Assembly: GCA_944358865.1 (NCBI GenBank)
Contig: CALVRV010000005.1
Coordinates: 1 to 63,231 of the forward strand
Reading direction: 5' to 3'
Source of the DNA: an uncultured Bacilli bacterium
Lineage (GTDB): Bacteria; Bacillota_I; Bacilli_A; RFN20; CAG-826
Length of the DNA: 63,231 bases
Positions 1 to 8,886 of the stretch are shown piece by piece. The position numbers and the translations under genes are program-made. Each line of letters starts with the position of its first letter. The first letter of the stretch is position 1. Below the pieces are notes generated by a model. It worked only from the letters and a program-made list of their open reading frames with translations, searched no databases and was not told where the DNA came from.

Positions 1-142
1 ATTGGATAACTTAATTATAAGCGAGGACTATTTTTTATGCTTTAATTTAGTCTCACATCATTTGAATTAGTACAAAATTTATTCGCACGCATCAATTGTA
101 CATAATTCGTGTGCGTATACGCAAAAGATTAAACTATTTTGA

Positions 143-517
143 TTATCCCAAGAAAGGATAAAAACCTACAATCAAATGATATAATTCTAAAGTTAAAGCC
201 ATAATTAAAATGACTAAACAAGCGAAATAAAATGGTAAACATCTTTTCCAAGAAGATACGATAACTTCTTCATCTAATTTGTTATCCCAGTTCTTAGTTT
301 TTCTTCTAACATTAGCTTTATATAAATCTGACCAAATAAATCCAATTAAAAAATATAAAGCAATAATAGCCCATATGACATATGGATAACCAAAAAAACC
401 ATCGCTATTAAGTGATGGGATAGATAATATTCCTCCAATCGCTAATGGAATATATCCAATAACCGCTAGAATTGAGGCGATAATATATACTTTTTTGTCT
501 TTTAATGCTTTTTTCAT
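143..517 (-). CDS. small multi-pass membrane protein, unknown function
   Basis: ORF 143..595. I prefer the internal ATG at 517 (MKKALKDKK...) because the longer form overlaps the divergent ORF starting at 566. Hydrophobic helices run through the protein. Confidence 0.55.
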   Translation of the reverse strand: MKKALKDKKVYIIASILAVIGYIPLAIGGILSIPSLNSDGFFGYPYVIWAIIALYFLIGFIWSDLYKANVRRKTKNWDNKLDEEVIVSSWKRCLPFYFACLVILIMALTLELYHLIVGFYPFLG

Positions 518-565
518 ATTAAATACAATAACACAAAAAATAAAAAATTTAGTATACTTATTTTC

Positions 566-1459
566 ATGAATGAAAAAGTAACGCAAAAAAATCATTTAAA
601 ATACATTTTTGCTAATATGTTAAGAAAGCCAATTAAAGTATTATCAAAAAAATGGTATATCTCTTTAGAATATCGTTATATTACTCATCATAAACTCCAT
701 TGGTCTAATCCAATACGTTATACAGAAAAATTACAATATTTAAGATATTATGTTTACCCTAAAAATGATTTAGTAACTAAGTGTGCTGGTCGAGTAACAG
801 TAAGAGATTATTTAAAAGAAAACAATTTAAAAGATATATTAATTCCAATATATGGAGTATATGACAATTTTGATGATATTGACTTTAATAAATTACCAAA
901 TGAATTTGTCATGAAATGTTCTCATGCATGTGCTTTTAATGAGATAGTTTTAGATAAAAACAAATTAGATCTAAAAGCGTTAAAAGGTAAATTTAACAAA
1001 TGGTTAAAAACAAATTACGCAAAAAAAACATTAGAATTGCATTATTTTAAAATTAAACCGCAGATTATTATTGAAAAATATATGGGCAGTGATCTTTTAG
1101 AATATAAGATTCATGTTTTTAATGGAAAAGCCAAATATCTTTATTTAGTTTCTGGCCGTTTTAAAGATATAAGATATAACAACTATTACATTGACTTTAC
1201 TCCATTTGATGAAGCTCAATTCAATGGTTGGAAGAAAAAAGATTATGACTTTAAACCTCCATTAAATTATCAAGAAATGATTAATATAAGTGAAAAATTA
1301 GCTAAACCATTTCCTTTTGTTAGAGTGGATTTATATAACATTGATGGAAAAATTTATTTTAGTGAAATGACTTTTACACCCGCGAAAGGGACATTAATTT
1401 TTGATGATGATAAGGCTGATTTTATTATTGGTAATTGGCTAGATATTTCAAAATTATAA
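566..1459 (+). CDS. TupA-like ATP-grasp amidoligase family protein (surface glycopolymer modification)
   Basis: 297 aa. The layout KCSHACAFN...EYKIHVFNGKAKYLY...RVDLYNIDGKIYFSEMTFTPAKG matches my memory of the TupA-type ATP-grasp family. The start has no clear RBS. Confidence 0.6.
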   Translation: MNEKVTQKNHLKYIFANMLRKPIKVLSKKWYISLEYRYITHHKLHWSNPIRYTEKLQYLRYYVYPKNDLVTKCAGRVTVRDYLKENNLKDILIPIYGVYDNFDDIDFNKLPNEFVMKCSHACAFNEIVLDKNKLDLKALKGKFNKWLKTNYAKKTLELHYFKIKPQIIIEKYMGSDLLEYKIHVFNGKAKYLYLVSGRFKDIRYNNYYIDFTPFDEAQFNGWKKKDYDFKPPLNYQEMINISEKLAKPFPFVRVDLYNIDGKIYFSEMTFTPAKGTLIFDDDKADFIIGNWLDISKL

Positions 1460-2275
1460 CCAAGTTGAATTAGGAAATAAAACTTCATAAAGCATCAAAG
1501 CATATTCGCTTTCTTTATCTTTATTATTATCTAAAACTTCATCGCTTATATATTCATAGCTAATTGAATATCCACACAATCTTGTAAAATCGATGTTACG
1601 AAATGAGCTGTTATGCAAATCAAAAGCTAGAAAAATATAAGTTCTTGGAGAATTAGTTTCTACGGCATTAGTGGGAATATCATCTATATCAATAACGATA
1701 GGCACTTCAATAAAATTAATACCGTTTCGAATATAAAAAGATATTGTTAATTCGATATGTGAGGAATGACTACCAATAGGAGTATTATCATCAAAATTTG
1801 CCGCGCATTTAAAATTCATTGCAAAATAGTCATAAGTATATATTTCTTTATTAAATAATGTTGCAAAACCATCTTCATCAACTTGAACACGTGACAATTG
1901 AAAACGACCATTACAAAACATTTCACCATCATATAATTTTGATAGATATCCAAATTTAAAAGATTCATCTACATTAGATAATTTATATAAATCACCATAA
2001 GAAGTGTAGGCAGTTGAATATATGTTTTCATCTAAATAGAACAAACCATCCTCTTCATAAGATTTAAAAAAGTCCCCCTCACTTAATATGATTTCATCTT
2101 GCTTTATAATTTTATTTTCATCTTTTAATTCATCAGGCCTTTCACGATAATAATTTTCTTTAAAAATAGGATTATTATATTCATCACCATTAAAAATTTC
2201 ATTTAATTCCCCGCTACAACTAGTCAAAGTTAAACAAGTGAGTAAAATAAATGATTTTAAATATTTTTTAAACAT
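1454..2275 (-). CDS. lipoprotein, unknown function
   Basis: Signal peptide with lipobox LTLTSC. Strong RBS AAGGAG upstream of the ATG at 2275. Overlaps the start of the upstream gene's downstream partner by 8 nt. Confidence 0.7.
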   Translation of the reverse strand: MFKKYLKSFILLTCLTLTSCSGELNEIFNGDEYNNPIFKENYYRERPDELKDENKIIKQDEIILSEGDFFKSYEEDGLFYLDENIYSTAYTSYGDLYKLSNVDESFKFGYLSKLYDGEMFCNGRFQLSRVQVDEDGFATLFNKEIYTYDYFAMNFKCAANFDDNTPIGSHSSHIELTISFYIRNGINFIEVPIVIDIDDIPTNAVETNSPRTYIFLAFDLHNSSFRNIDFTRLCGYSISYEYISDEVLDNNKDKESEYALMLYEVLFPNSTWL

Positions 2276-3650
2276 TTTCTATCTCCTTTATATCTTTAAC
2301 TTCTGCATCTAGAACAAGGTTTTCTTTATTAAAAGCAATTTCTTTTTGTTTAACATTAAAAGTGTAGCCAATCAAAAATAAAACAATCAAAAATAATGGA
2401 TTTTGTGTAAATGGCATCGTATTCGCGTAAAAAGTGTAAGGTTGCATATCATAACCAATTAAACTATAAGCAAAAAAGATCATTACAAAACTATTAATAA
2501 GATTTTTAACTAATAAAGAATCTTTACTTAATTTGTTATAACGAACAATTGATAATATAGAAAATACTAAAAATGCAATAAAGCTAATAAAACCTAATCC
2601 ACCAGAAGTAATAAATAAATCAAAAAACCACGAACCACTTGAAGATAAATTATTTAAGTCGACATTAAAACCAAAAAATTTATCTAAACTAAATAATCCA
2701 TCTAATACTTCTTTATAAACAGTAGATAAACGATTACTATTAAAAAGCTTATTTAAAACAACGTTATTAGCGATAGCGTCTTGATAGCCTTTTAACCAGT
2801 CCCATGAACTTTGAGCATTTAAGAAAAATAATATAAATAAAAATCCTAAAATTCCTAAGATAACATAGATTGAAATTTTACATGCCTTATTATCTTTTTT
2901 AACAAAGGCTAAGAAAATTAAGCTAGCTAAAACAAGACACAAAGTAATTAAATTAACTTTGTTAATAGTGAATATTACACATAATAATCCTAATAAAGTA
3001 AAACCAATAAATGAGAAAAATAAAAACTTATCTTTTTTAAATGATACAAATTTTAATCCAATCGAAGAACTTAATAACATTGTTCCAAACAATTGGAAAA
3101 ATTGAACTGAAACATTTTCAAAACTAAATCCCATTAAAAATTTAATTGATTCGCTTATTAAATATCTATCACCATTATAATAAAAATATTTCCCTTCTAA
3201 TAACCATGGATAAAAAGGAAAATATCCAACAATAAAATAAATAAAGCAAATTAACATTAATAAAGAGAGTCCTAAATATATAACATATAAAGCAATTTTT
3301 ATGTTAAAAGATTTAAGATAATTTGACATATACCCTAAACAAATAAAACTAAGCAATGAGAAAAATACCAAAGTATTATTTAAAGGATCAATATTATTAA
3401 AAGCAAATCTAGAACAAACAGTAAAAATAGTAAATAAAATAAATGGAATTAAAAATAATAGGAATTGAAAATTCTTACGACGATTGTTTTTAATTTCATC
3501 GAAACAAAATAATAAAGTCACAAGCAACAATAAAAATCCAAATATCGCATATAAAATAAACGAATTAGCAAAATTAAAAGAAAGAAACGCTAGTAATTCA
3601 ATAATAAAGAATATACAAACTTCGCTATATGGACGGATTTTTTCTAACAT
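2268..3650 (-). CDS. polytopic membrane protein, O-antigen ligase/polymerase-like
   Basis: 460 aa and almost entirely TM helices, with one larger loop. Sits next to a lipoprotein and an ATP-grasp glycopolymer gene. The family assignment is tentative. Confidence 0.5.
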   Translation of the reverse strand: MLEKIRPYSEVCIFFIIELLAFLSFNFANSFILYAIFGFLLLLVTLLFCFDEIKNNRRKNFQFLLFLIPFILFTIFTVCSRFAFNNIDPLNNTLVFFSLLSFICLGYMSNYLKSFNIKIALYVIYLGLSLLMLICFIYFIVGYFPFYPWLLEGKYFYYNGDRYLISESIKFLMGFSFENVSVQFFQLFGTMLLSSSIGLKFVSFKKDKFLFFSFIGFTLLGLLCVIFTINKVNLITLCLVLASLIFLAFVKKDNKACKISIYVILGILGFLFILFFLNAQSSWDWLKGYQDAIANNVVLNKLFNSNRLSTVYKEVLDGLFSLDKFFGFNVDLNNLSSSGSWFFDLFITSGGLGFISFIAFLVFSILSIVRYNKLSKDSLLVKNLINSFVMIFFAYSLIGYDMQPYTFYANTMPFTQNPLFLIVLFLIGYTFNVKQKEIAFNKENLVLDAEVKDIKEIENV

Positions 3651-3829
3651 AATATCATTTCCTTACCATTTATTAATTATATAAATCTAAGAAATTTTGT
3701 GAAGTGTGTTTAAAAAATTTCATTAGAAAACGTATTATGAATTTAAATCTAAATAAAAAAAGCAAATATAAAAAAGCAATAAAAAAACACATCAACTAGA
3801 ACATATAAAAAATTATTCTTAGATGTGTC

Positions 3830-3955
3830 TTACATTACTAAAAAAGCATCTAATTCTTCATCATCGTCATCATCTTCTAATAATGCTTCTAATAATTCAA
3901 TTTTTTCATCTTCGCTGATGACATCATTTTTCTTACTTTCCAAAAGAAAATCCAT
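3830..3955 (-). CDS. 41-aa highly acidic small protein (MDFLLESKKNDVISEDEKIELLEALLEDDDDDEELDAFLVM)
   Basis: Hand-translated and below the ORF-track cutoff. ATG at 3955 is preceded by AAGGA, and the TAA is at 3830-3832. An imperfect hairpin plus T-run lies downstream at about 3781-3829. Confidence 0.3.
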   Translation of the reverse strand: MDFLLESKKNDVISEDEKIELLEALLEDDDDDEELDAFLVM

Positions 3956-3985
3956 AAAAATATAATCCTTTTTTGTGGTCAAATT

Positions 3986-4023
3986 ATCTTATAAGATTAC
4001 CACGTCATTAAGATAGCATCTTA
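3986..4023. promoter_or_regulatory. paired ATCTTA/TAAGAT palindromes in a divergent intergenic region (candidate operator)
   Basis: ATCTTATAAGAT at 3986-3997, flanked by GTGGT (3975-3979) and ACCAC (3999-4003). TAAGAT-agc-ATCTTA at 4009-4023. The site lies between the small acidic ORF and the XRE regulator gene. Confidence 0.35.
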
Positions 4024-4178
4024 TCAATACAAAAAAAAGAAAAATAAGGATGTTTTCTTAAACACTGTATAATCAAAAAAGTAAGCTCCATACTTAATAT
4101 GATTTTCAAAAGTAAGACTAGGACTATTTTTTAAAAATCAATGGTTGAAAAATTATTTTTTTTATTTAATATAAGGGC

Positions 4179-4877
4179 ATGAAAATTAAAAGCAAAGACG
4201 AACAACAAATATTAGCAAACAACTTAGCCTTCTATCGTAAAAACGCTAAGATGACACAATTAGATTTGGCTACTCATTTTAATTATTCAGATAAAGCTAT
4301 TTCAAAGTGGGAAAAAGGTGAAAGTGCCCCATCTATTTTTGTTTTACGTTCGCTTGCTAAATTTTATGGAATTACTGTTGATGATTTTTTTAATGAAGTT
4401 CCTAAAAAACCAATATTTAACAAAACTAGAAAACATATATTAATTACTATTTTATCAATGACACTTGTTTGGCTTGTGGTTACTGTTTTCTTTGTTTTAT
4501 TTACATATGTTTTTAATGAGATTCCTGCTTTTGAGAATAATGATTTTACCTGGTACATATGGGTTTTAGGTATCCCAATATGCGCAATATTAGGGATTGT
4601 GTTTTCTTGTTTATGGGGTAATCAAATTTTAACTACTATATCAATTTCTATATTAGTTTGGTCTGCAATATTATGCGTTTATTTACCATTAGAAATATTA
4701 ACTTATGTTTCTAATATGGGCTTATTATTTATCATCGGAGTGCCACTTCAAATAATGGTCATATTGTGGTATTTTTTAAGACTAAAAACAAAAAGACGCA
4801 ACCAACAAATAGTTACGCCTTCTAATGTTATTAATAAAAATCAAGATAATGAAAATAACGATGATAAAGAAGATTAA
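4179..4877 (+). CDS. XRE-family HTH transcriptional regulator with C-terminal multi-pass membrane domain
   Basis: N-terminal HTH_3-like segment (LAFYRKNAKMTQLDLATHFNYSDKAISKWEKGESAPS) followed by about 4 TM helices. Confidence 0.75.
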   Translation: MKIKSKDEQQILANNLAFYRKNAKMTQLDLATHFNYSDKAISKWEKGESAPSIFVLRSLAKFYGITVDDFFNEVPKKPIFNKTRKHILITILSMTLVWLVVTVFFVLFTYVFNEIPAFENNDFTWYIWVLGIPICAILGIVFSCLWGNQILTTISISILVWSAILCVYLPLEILTYVSNMGLLFIIGVPLQIMVILWYFLRLKTKRRNQQIVTPSNVINKNQDNENNDDKED

Positions 4878-5734
4878 TCGTGACCTTCATCACCATCATT
4901 AATATATAATATGCCTAAAGTTTTTTCACCACAGTGTGAAGTTATTGTCGCACCCGCAACAGTTTTATAAATTTTTTTAAATCCGGCTTTTTTTAATGCT
5001 TCAACACCGATTTCATATATTTCATCATCATATTTTGTCGCAGTAACAAATCCAATGCTATGATCTGGATTATTAAATTCATTTAAGGTGTCTTCACAAT
5101 ATTTTTTAACAACAACATTATCTTTGCCACGATATTTCTTGCCTGGACGCATTGCTCCATTATCAACAAGTATTTGAGGCCTTATTCCAATAATTTTTGC
5201 CGCTAATGCGCTTAATAAAGAGCATCTACCACCCTTATATAAATAATCTAATCTTGCTAAAACAAAACTTGCTTGAACATGAGGTATTCTTTTTTTACAT
5301 TTCTCCACTACTTCATCAATTGTGTATTTTTCTTTACGTACTAGTTCACTAGCATATATAGCTTGTAAAGCAATACCAGTTGATAAAGATAACGAATCAA
5401 TAATAAATACTTTACCATTAAATTCTTCGCTCGCCTTAATAGCGTTAGAGCAAGAAGATGAAATTTTGCTAGATAATGAAAAATGGATGACATAATCATA
5501 AGTTTCTAATAATTTAGAAAAATATTGATTGTATTGGTATTCATTGATCGCAGCGGTTTTAGGCAAGACATTAGTCTTACTAACATAATCAAAAATTTCA
5601 TCAGGTGTAATTTCACCATCAAGTCCTTCTTTATCTCCTAAAATGACAGTAAATGGAACAATAGATATTTCATAATCTTTTAATATTTCTTTTGGCAAAT
5701 CAATTGTTGATTCTGCACTGATAGCAATTTTCAT
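4874..5734 (-). CDS. DegV-family fatty-acid-binding protein (FakB-like)
   Basis: 286 aa with a typical DegV layout (MKIAISAESTIDLP..., ...ATITSHCGEKTLGILY). AGGAGG RBS. Confidence 0.85.
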   Translation of the reverse strand: MKIAISAESTIDLPKEILKDYEISIVPFTVILGDKEGLDGEITPDEIFDYVSKTNVLPKTAAINEYQYNQYFSKLLETYDYVIHFSLSSKISSSCSNAIKASEEFNGKVFIIDSLSLSTGIALQAIYASELVRKEKYTIDEVVEKCKKRIPHVQASFVLARLDYLYKGGRCSLLSALAAKIIGIRPQILVDNGAMRPGKKYRGKDNVVVKKYCEDTLNEFNNPDHSIGFVTATKYDDEIYEIGVEALKKAGFKKIYKTVAGATITSHCGEKTLGILYINDGDEGHD

Positions 5735-5798
5735 TTTTTTGTCCTCCTAACTTTAACTGATTATGATTATTTTAATTAAAAAACGGGTTTTTGCATAC

Positions 5799-7028
5799 TT
5801 ATTTTAATAATTTGATATCTTTTTTGTACACTTCTGCAAGAATATAAAAGATATTTAAGATTTCATCATTTCTTGTAAAATTAGATGGTTCTTCATCTTT
5901 ATTTACTAACTTTTGATACATTTTAGACAATTTGTTTTTAGCAGAATCAAATATAGATAATGGACTAGATTCATGTTTAATTGCTGCTTTTGAAATTAAT
6001 TTAAAAAAGTCTTTATGATTATAAACAATTGTATCATCTAATTCATAACTTTCCCCTAAGCTTTCTAATGCTAAAATTAAAAAAGAAACATTATCTGAAA
6101 GTGGGAAATTTTTATCTTTTACTTCATTGTATAAATATTCAATAGTTCTTTTAGCGTTACGATTGATATTCTTTATTAATAATTCTATAAATAGCGCAGC
6201 ATATTTTTCTAAATCTTCGCTTTTTTCAAAACTATATTTGTATCCTCTTAATTCATGCAAATATTTTTTAGCGTCGTTATATCCACGTTTCATATTTTTA
6301 ACAATTATTTCATGACTAAAGTCCATAAATGAACCAAGATCACACCTAGGTTTAATTACTTCAACATTTGGAAGCGACATTAAAAATGAATTTTGTGGTT
6401 TTAAACCAAACATGCCTAGATCAATTGCGATTATTTTTTCTGCACCAAGTTCAAAACAAAAATCGATTGGTAGATTATTACGATAAAATCCATCTACGTA
6501 TTTTTTATTATCAATTTCTTCGATTGGAAATACTGGAAAACAAGCACTAGAGGCATGAACAAATGGTAAAATATGGTCTTCATCCAATGTATGCATATCT
6601 ACTTTTACTTCTTGTAAAAGAGGGACAGTGACACAAATTGTGCCAAACTTAATTTTTGATTTTAATATTTCTTTTGGAAAAATATGTGCTTTACAAAGTT
6701 CTTTAAAAGGAGTGATGTCTGCCCCTTTATTTTGAGCGTAATTTTTTAAAAAAGATAAGATATTAGGATCTTCAAAATCGATACGAAAATCTTTGTTTAA
6801 ATTTACACCATCTTTCATAACTTTTTCTGGTGAGATTTCTAACCATAGTTTTTCTAAAGAATCGATATCATCCATACACACAAGACATCCGTTTATTGCA
6901 CCAACACTTGTGCCAGTGACAACATCGAAATGATATCCTTTTTCTTTTAATCTTTTTAATACGCCAACTTGATAAGCGCCTAAAGAACCTCCGCCTGCTA
7001 AAGCTAAACCTAATTTAATATTGCTCAT
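5799..7028 (-). CDS. patatin-like phospholipase
   Basis: GGGSLGAYQVG oxyanion block, GTSVG nucleophile elbow, and a DGF aspartate block. 4-nt overlap with the upstream paralogue. Confidence 0.8.
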   Translation of the reverse strand: MSNIKLGLALAGGGSLGAYQVGVLKRLKEKGYHFDVVTGTSVGAINGCLVCMDDIDSLEKLWLEISPEKVMKDGVNLNKDFRIDFEDPNILSFLKNYAQNKGADITPFKELCKAHIFPKEILKSKIKFGTICVTVPLLQEVKVDMHTLDEDHILPFVHASSACFPVFPIEEIDNKKYVDGFYRNNLPIDFCFELGAEKIIAIDLGMFGLKPQNSFLMSLPNVEVIKPRCDLGSFMDFSHEIIVKNMKRGYNDAKKYLHELRGYKYSFEKSEDLEKYAALFIELLIKNINRNAKRTIEYLYNEVKDKNFPLSDNVSFLILALESLGESYELDDTIVYNHKDFFKLISKAAIKHESSPLSIFDSAKNKLSKMYQKLVNKDEEPSNFTRNDEILNIFYILAEVYKKDIKLLK

Positions 7029-7873
7029 AACTTAAATCCCCTTGATTGCTGTAGTTTGTTAAAAAATACCGCTGCAGTAATTGTTACTTTAAGTTTTTTT
7101 CTTAATGGTATTTCGTCTCTAATAAATTCTTGGCATCTTTCTTTTAGATGTTCTTTATCACCTTTTAATACTTTTTCACCAAATTCTTCACCATATTTTT
7201 CACCAATATCAAAAATTTTTGTTAAATTTTTTGTTTCAAAAGAATAAGTACCAACATTATTTCCACATCTTGTTGAAACATCAATATCTACGACAGTGGT
7301 ATCACTATTTACTATTTCTGCTGGTGGTAAATATTTTGGATAGCAATGCAATATAATTAATAAATCAACATGATGCATTAAAAATGGGTATGTAGGAATG
7401 TTATCAGTTGCACCACCATCAAGATAAAATCTACCAAATTCATTTCTAAATAAGCCATTAACAAATGGAAAAGTAAGTGTGATATTAATTGCTTTTGATA
7501 CTTCATCAATGCTCTTATTTTTATCTAAATAGAAATAATGTGTCGATAAAGTATTAAGACAAGTTCCAGTAACATACATTGGAATTTCAATTTCATTTCC
7601 ACTTAAAGTGACATCTTTAATAACACGATCTACTAATTTATTTTTTAAATTAAATCTTAAGTTATGTAAGTCTTTAAAATTTAATGTCTTGTATATTTTT
7701 TCAGCTTCATCAATTTGGTTCATCGATAAACATAAACCATTTATTCCACCAATAGAAGAGCAAGAAATTAATGAAATATCTTTTCGATCAAGATACTTCA
7801 TCATCCCTTTTAAAAACCCCATTTGAGCAGAGCCTCTAGCAAAACCACCGCCTAATACAATTCCTATTTTCAT
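7025..7873 (-). CDS. patatin-like phospholipase paralogue with C-S-S-I-G in place of G-x-S-x-G
   Basis: GGGFARG oxyanion block, SCSSIGG elbow, and YLDGGATDN aspartate block. Confidence 0.75.
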   Translation of the reverse strand: MKIGIVLGGGFARGSAQMGFLKGMMKYLDRKDISLISCSSIGGINGLCLSMNQIDEAEKIYKTLNFKDLHNLRFNLKNKLVDRVIKDVTLSGNEIEIPMYVTGTCLNTLSTHYFYLDKNKSIDEVSKAINITLTFPFVNGLFRNEFGRFYLDGGATDNIPTYPFLMHHVDLLIILHCYPKYLPPAEIVNSDTTVVDIDVSTRCGNNVGTYSFETKNLTKIFDIGEKYGEEFGEKVLKGDKEHLKERCQEFIRDEIPLRKKLKVTITAAVFFNKLQQSRGFKL

Positions 7874-7876
7874 AAT

Positions 7877-8602
7877 CTAACTTTTTAAAGAAAATCTTGA
7901 TTTCATTCGATATATTGTAAAGACCAAAGCATTTAAAGAAAATATAATAGACACGGCAAAATTAATATAAATAAGTAATAATGCAATTGGTTCATTAACA
8001 AAAGGTAAAGTGTCAATAAAACTTAAAATAAACAAAATCAAAGAAAATATATCTAGCAATAAAATATAAAAGAAAGTAGAAAATACATTAAAATTTTTAA
8101 TAACTAATAATCTAATCGCACCAAAAACAAATCCACAAATAACCATAACAGGATAAAAATATCCAAATGTTAGTGTAAATAAATCTAAACCAAATAATTT
8201 AAATTCATCAGCGTTTATCCAGCTAGGATAAGATATCATCATTAAAATTGAAAAACCTAAACAATATCCAATATATTTTAAGAATAATAATCTATTCTTA
8301 TTTGCGCTTTTAAAAATAAGTTCATTAAATAAAAATAAAAATCCAAAAATACCTAAAAACCCATAAGGTGTTAAATGATAATTAATTTTAGGAACAGCGT
8401 AAATAAAAACTAAATCTAAAATGCAAAGTAAAGCAAACAAATTAAGGCAGACAATAAAAATAATTTGTCGAATAGAAATTTCAAAAGAATGAAAAACATA
8501 AAATTTTTGATCTATTTTATTATCTTGAACAAATTTTGCTCCACAATAAGGGCATTTTGTTTCTATCCCTTTAGTAATAAAACCACATTTTTGACAATAC
8601 AT
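7877..8602 (-). CDS. zinc-ribbon membrane protein, unknown function
   Basis: N-terminal CxxC-x12-CxxC motif (MYCQKCG...KCPYCG) followed by about 6 TM helices. Confidence 0.65.
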   Translation of the reverse strand: MYCQKCGFITKGIETKCPYCGAKFVQDNKIDQKFYVFHSFEISIRQIIFIVCLNLFALLCILDLVFIYAVPKINYHLTPYGFLGIFGFLFLFNELIFKSANKNRLLFLKYIGYCLGFSILMMISYPSWINADEFKLFGLDLFTLTFGYFYPVMVICGFVFGAIRLLVIKNFNVFSTFFYILLLDIFSLILFILSFIDTLPFVNEPIALLLIYINFAVSIIFSLNALVFTIYRMKSRFSLKS

Positions 8603-8614
8603 ATAGATCTTTCC

Positions 8615-8767
8615 TTAGTCTATTCTTCTAACAATAATAAATTGAATCTTGCATCCTTGATATTTAGATTCAATTAATTTTCTAACATTAGGTTCGCTAC
8701 TAGCTTTAATGTTTTCTTCTGTTAAAATACCATCAACACGAAACTTTGCAAAATAAGTAAAAAGCAT
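8615..8767 (-). CDS. 50-aa hypothetical protein (MLFTYFAKFRVDGILTEENIKASSEPNVRKLIESKYQGCKIQFIIVRRID)
   Basis: Hand-translated and below the ORF-track cutoff. AAGGAG RBS lies 6 nt upstream of the ATG at 8767. The TAA is at 8615-8617, 13 nt before the next gene. Confidence 0.45.
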   Translation of the reverse strand: MLFTYFAKFRVDGILTEENIKASSEPNVRKLIESKYQGCKIQFIIVRRID

Positions 8768-8847
8768 TTTCTTCTCCTTTTTTAAATTATAACATTATTA
8801 AAGCATGGTTTATATAAAAAGTAATATTTTTTACAATATTTTTATAA

Positions 8848-8872
8848 ATAAAAAGACCAATATTACTTGGTC
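8848..8872 (-). terminator. rho-independent terminator of ssrA
   Basis: On the minus strand the sequence reads GACCAA-gtaata-TTGGTC followed by TTTTT, directly after the tmRNA 3' end. Confidence 0.55.
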
Positions 8873-8886
8873 AATTGTGTGTTACT

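Noticed and set aside
518-595. The N-terminal extension of the 143..595 ORF.
   Set aside because: It would overlap the divergent ORF starting at 566 and has no RBS. The internal ATG at 517 gives a sensible membrane protein.
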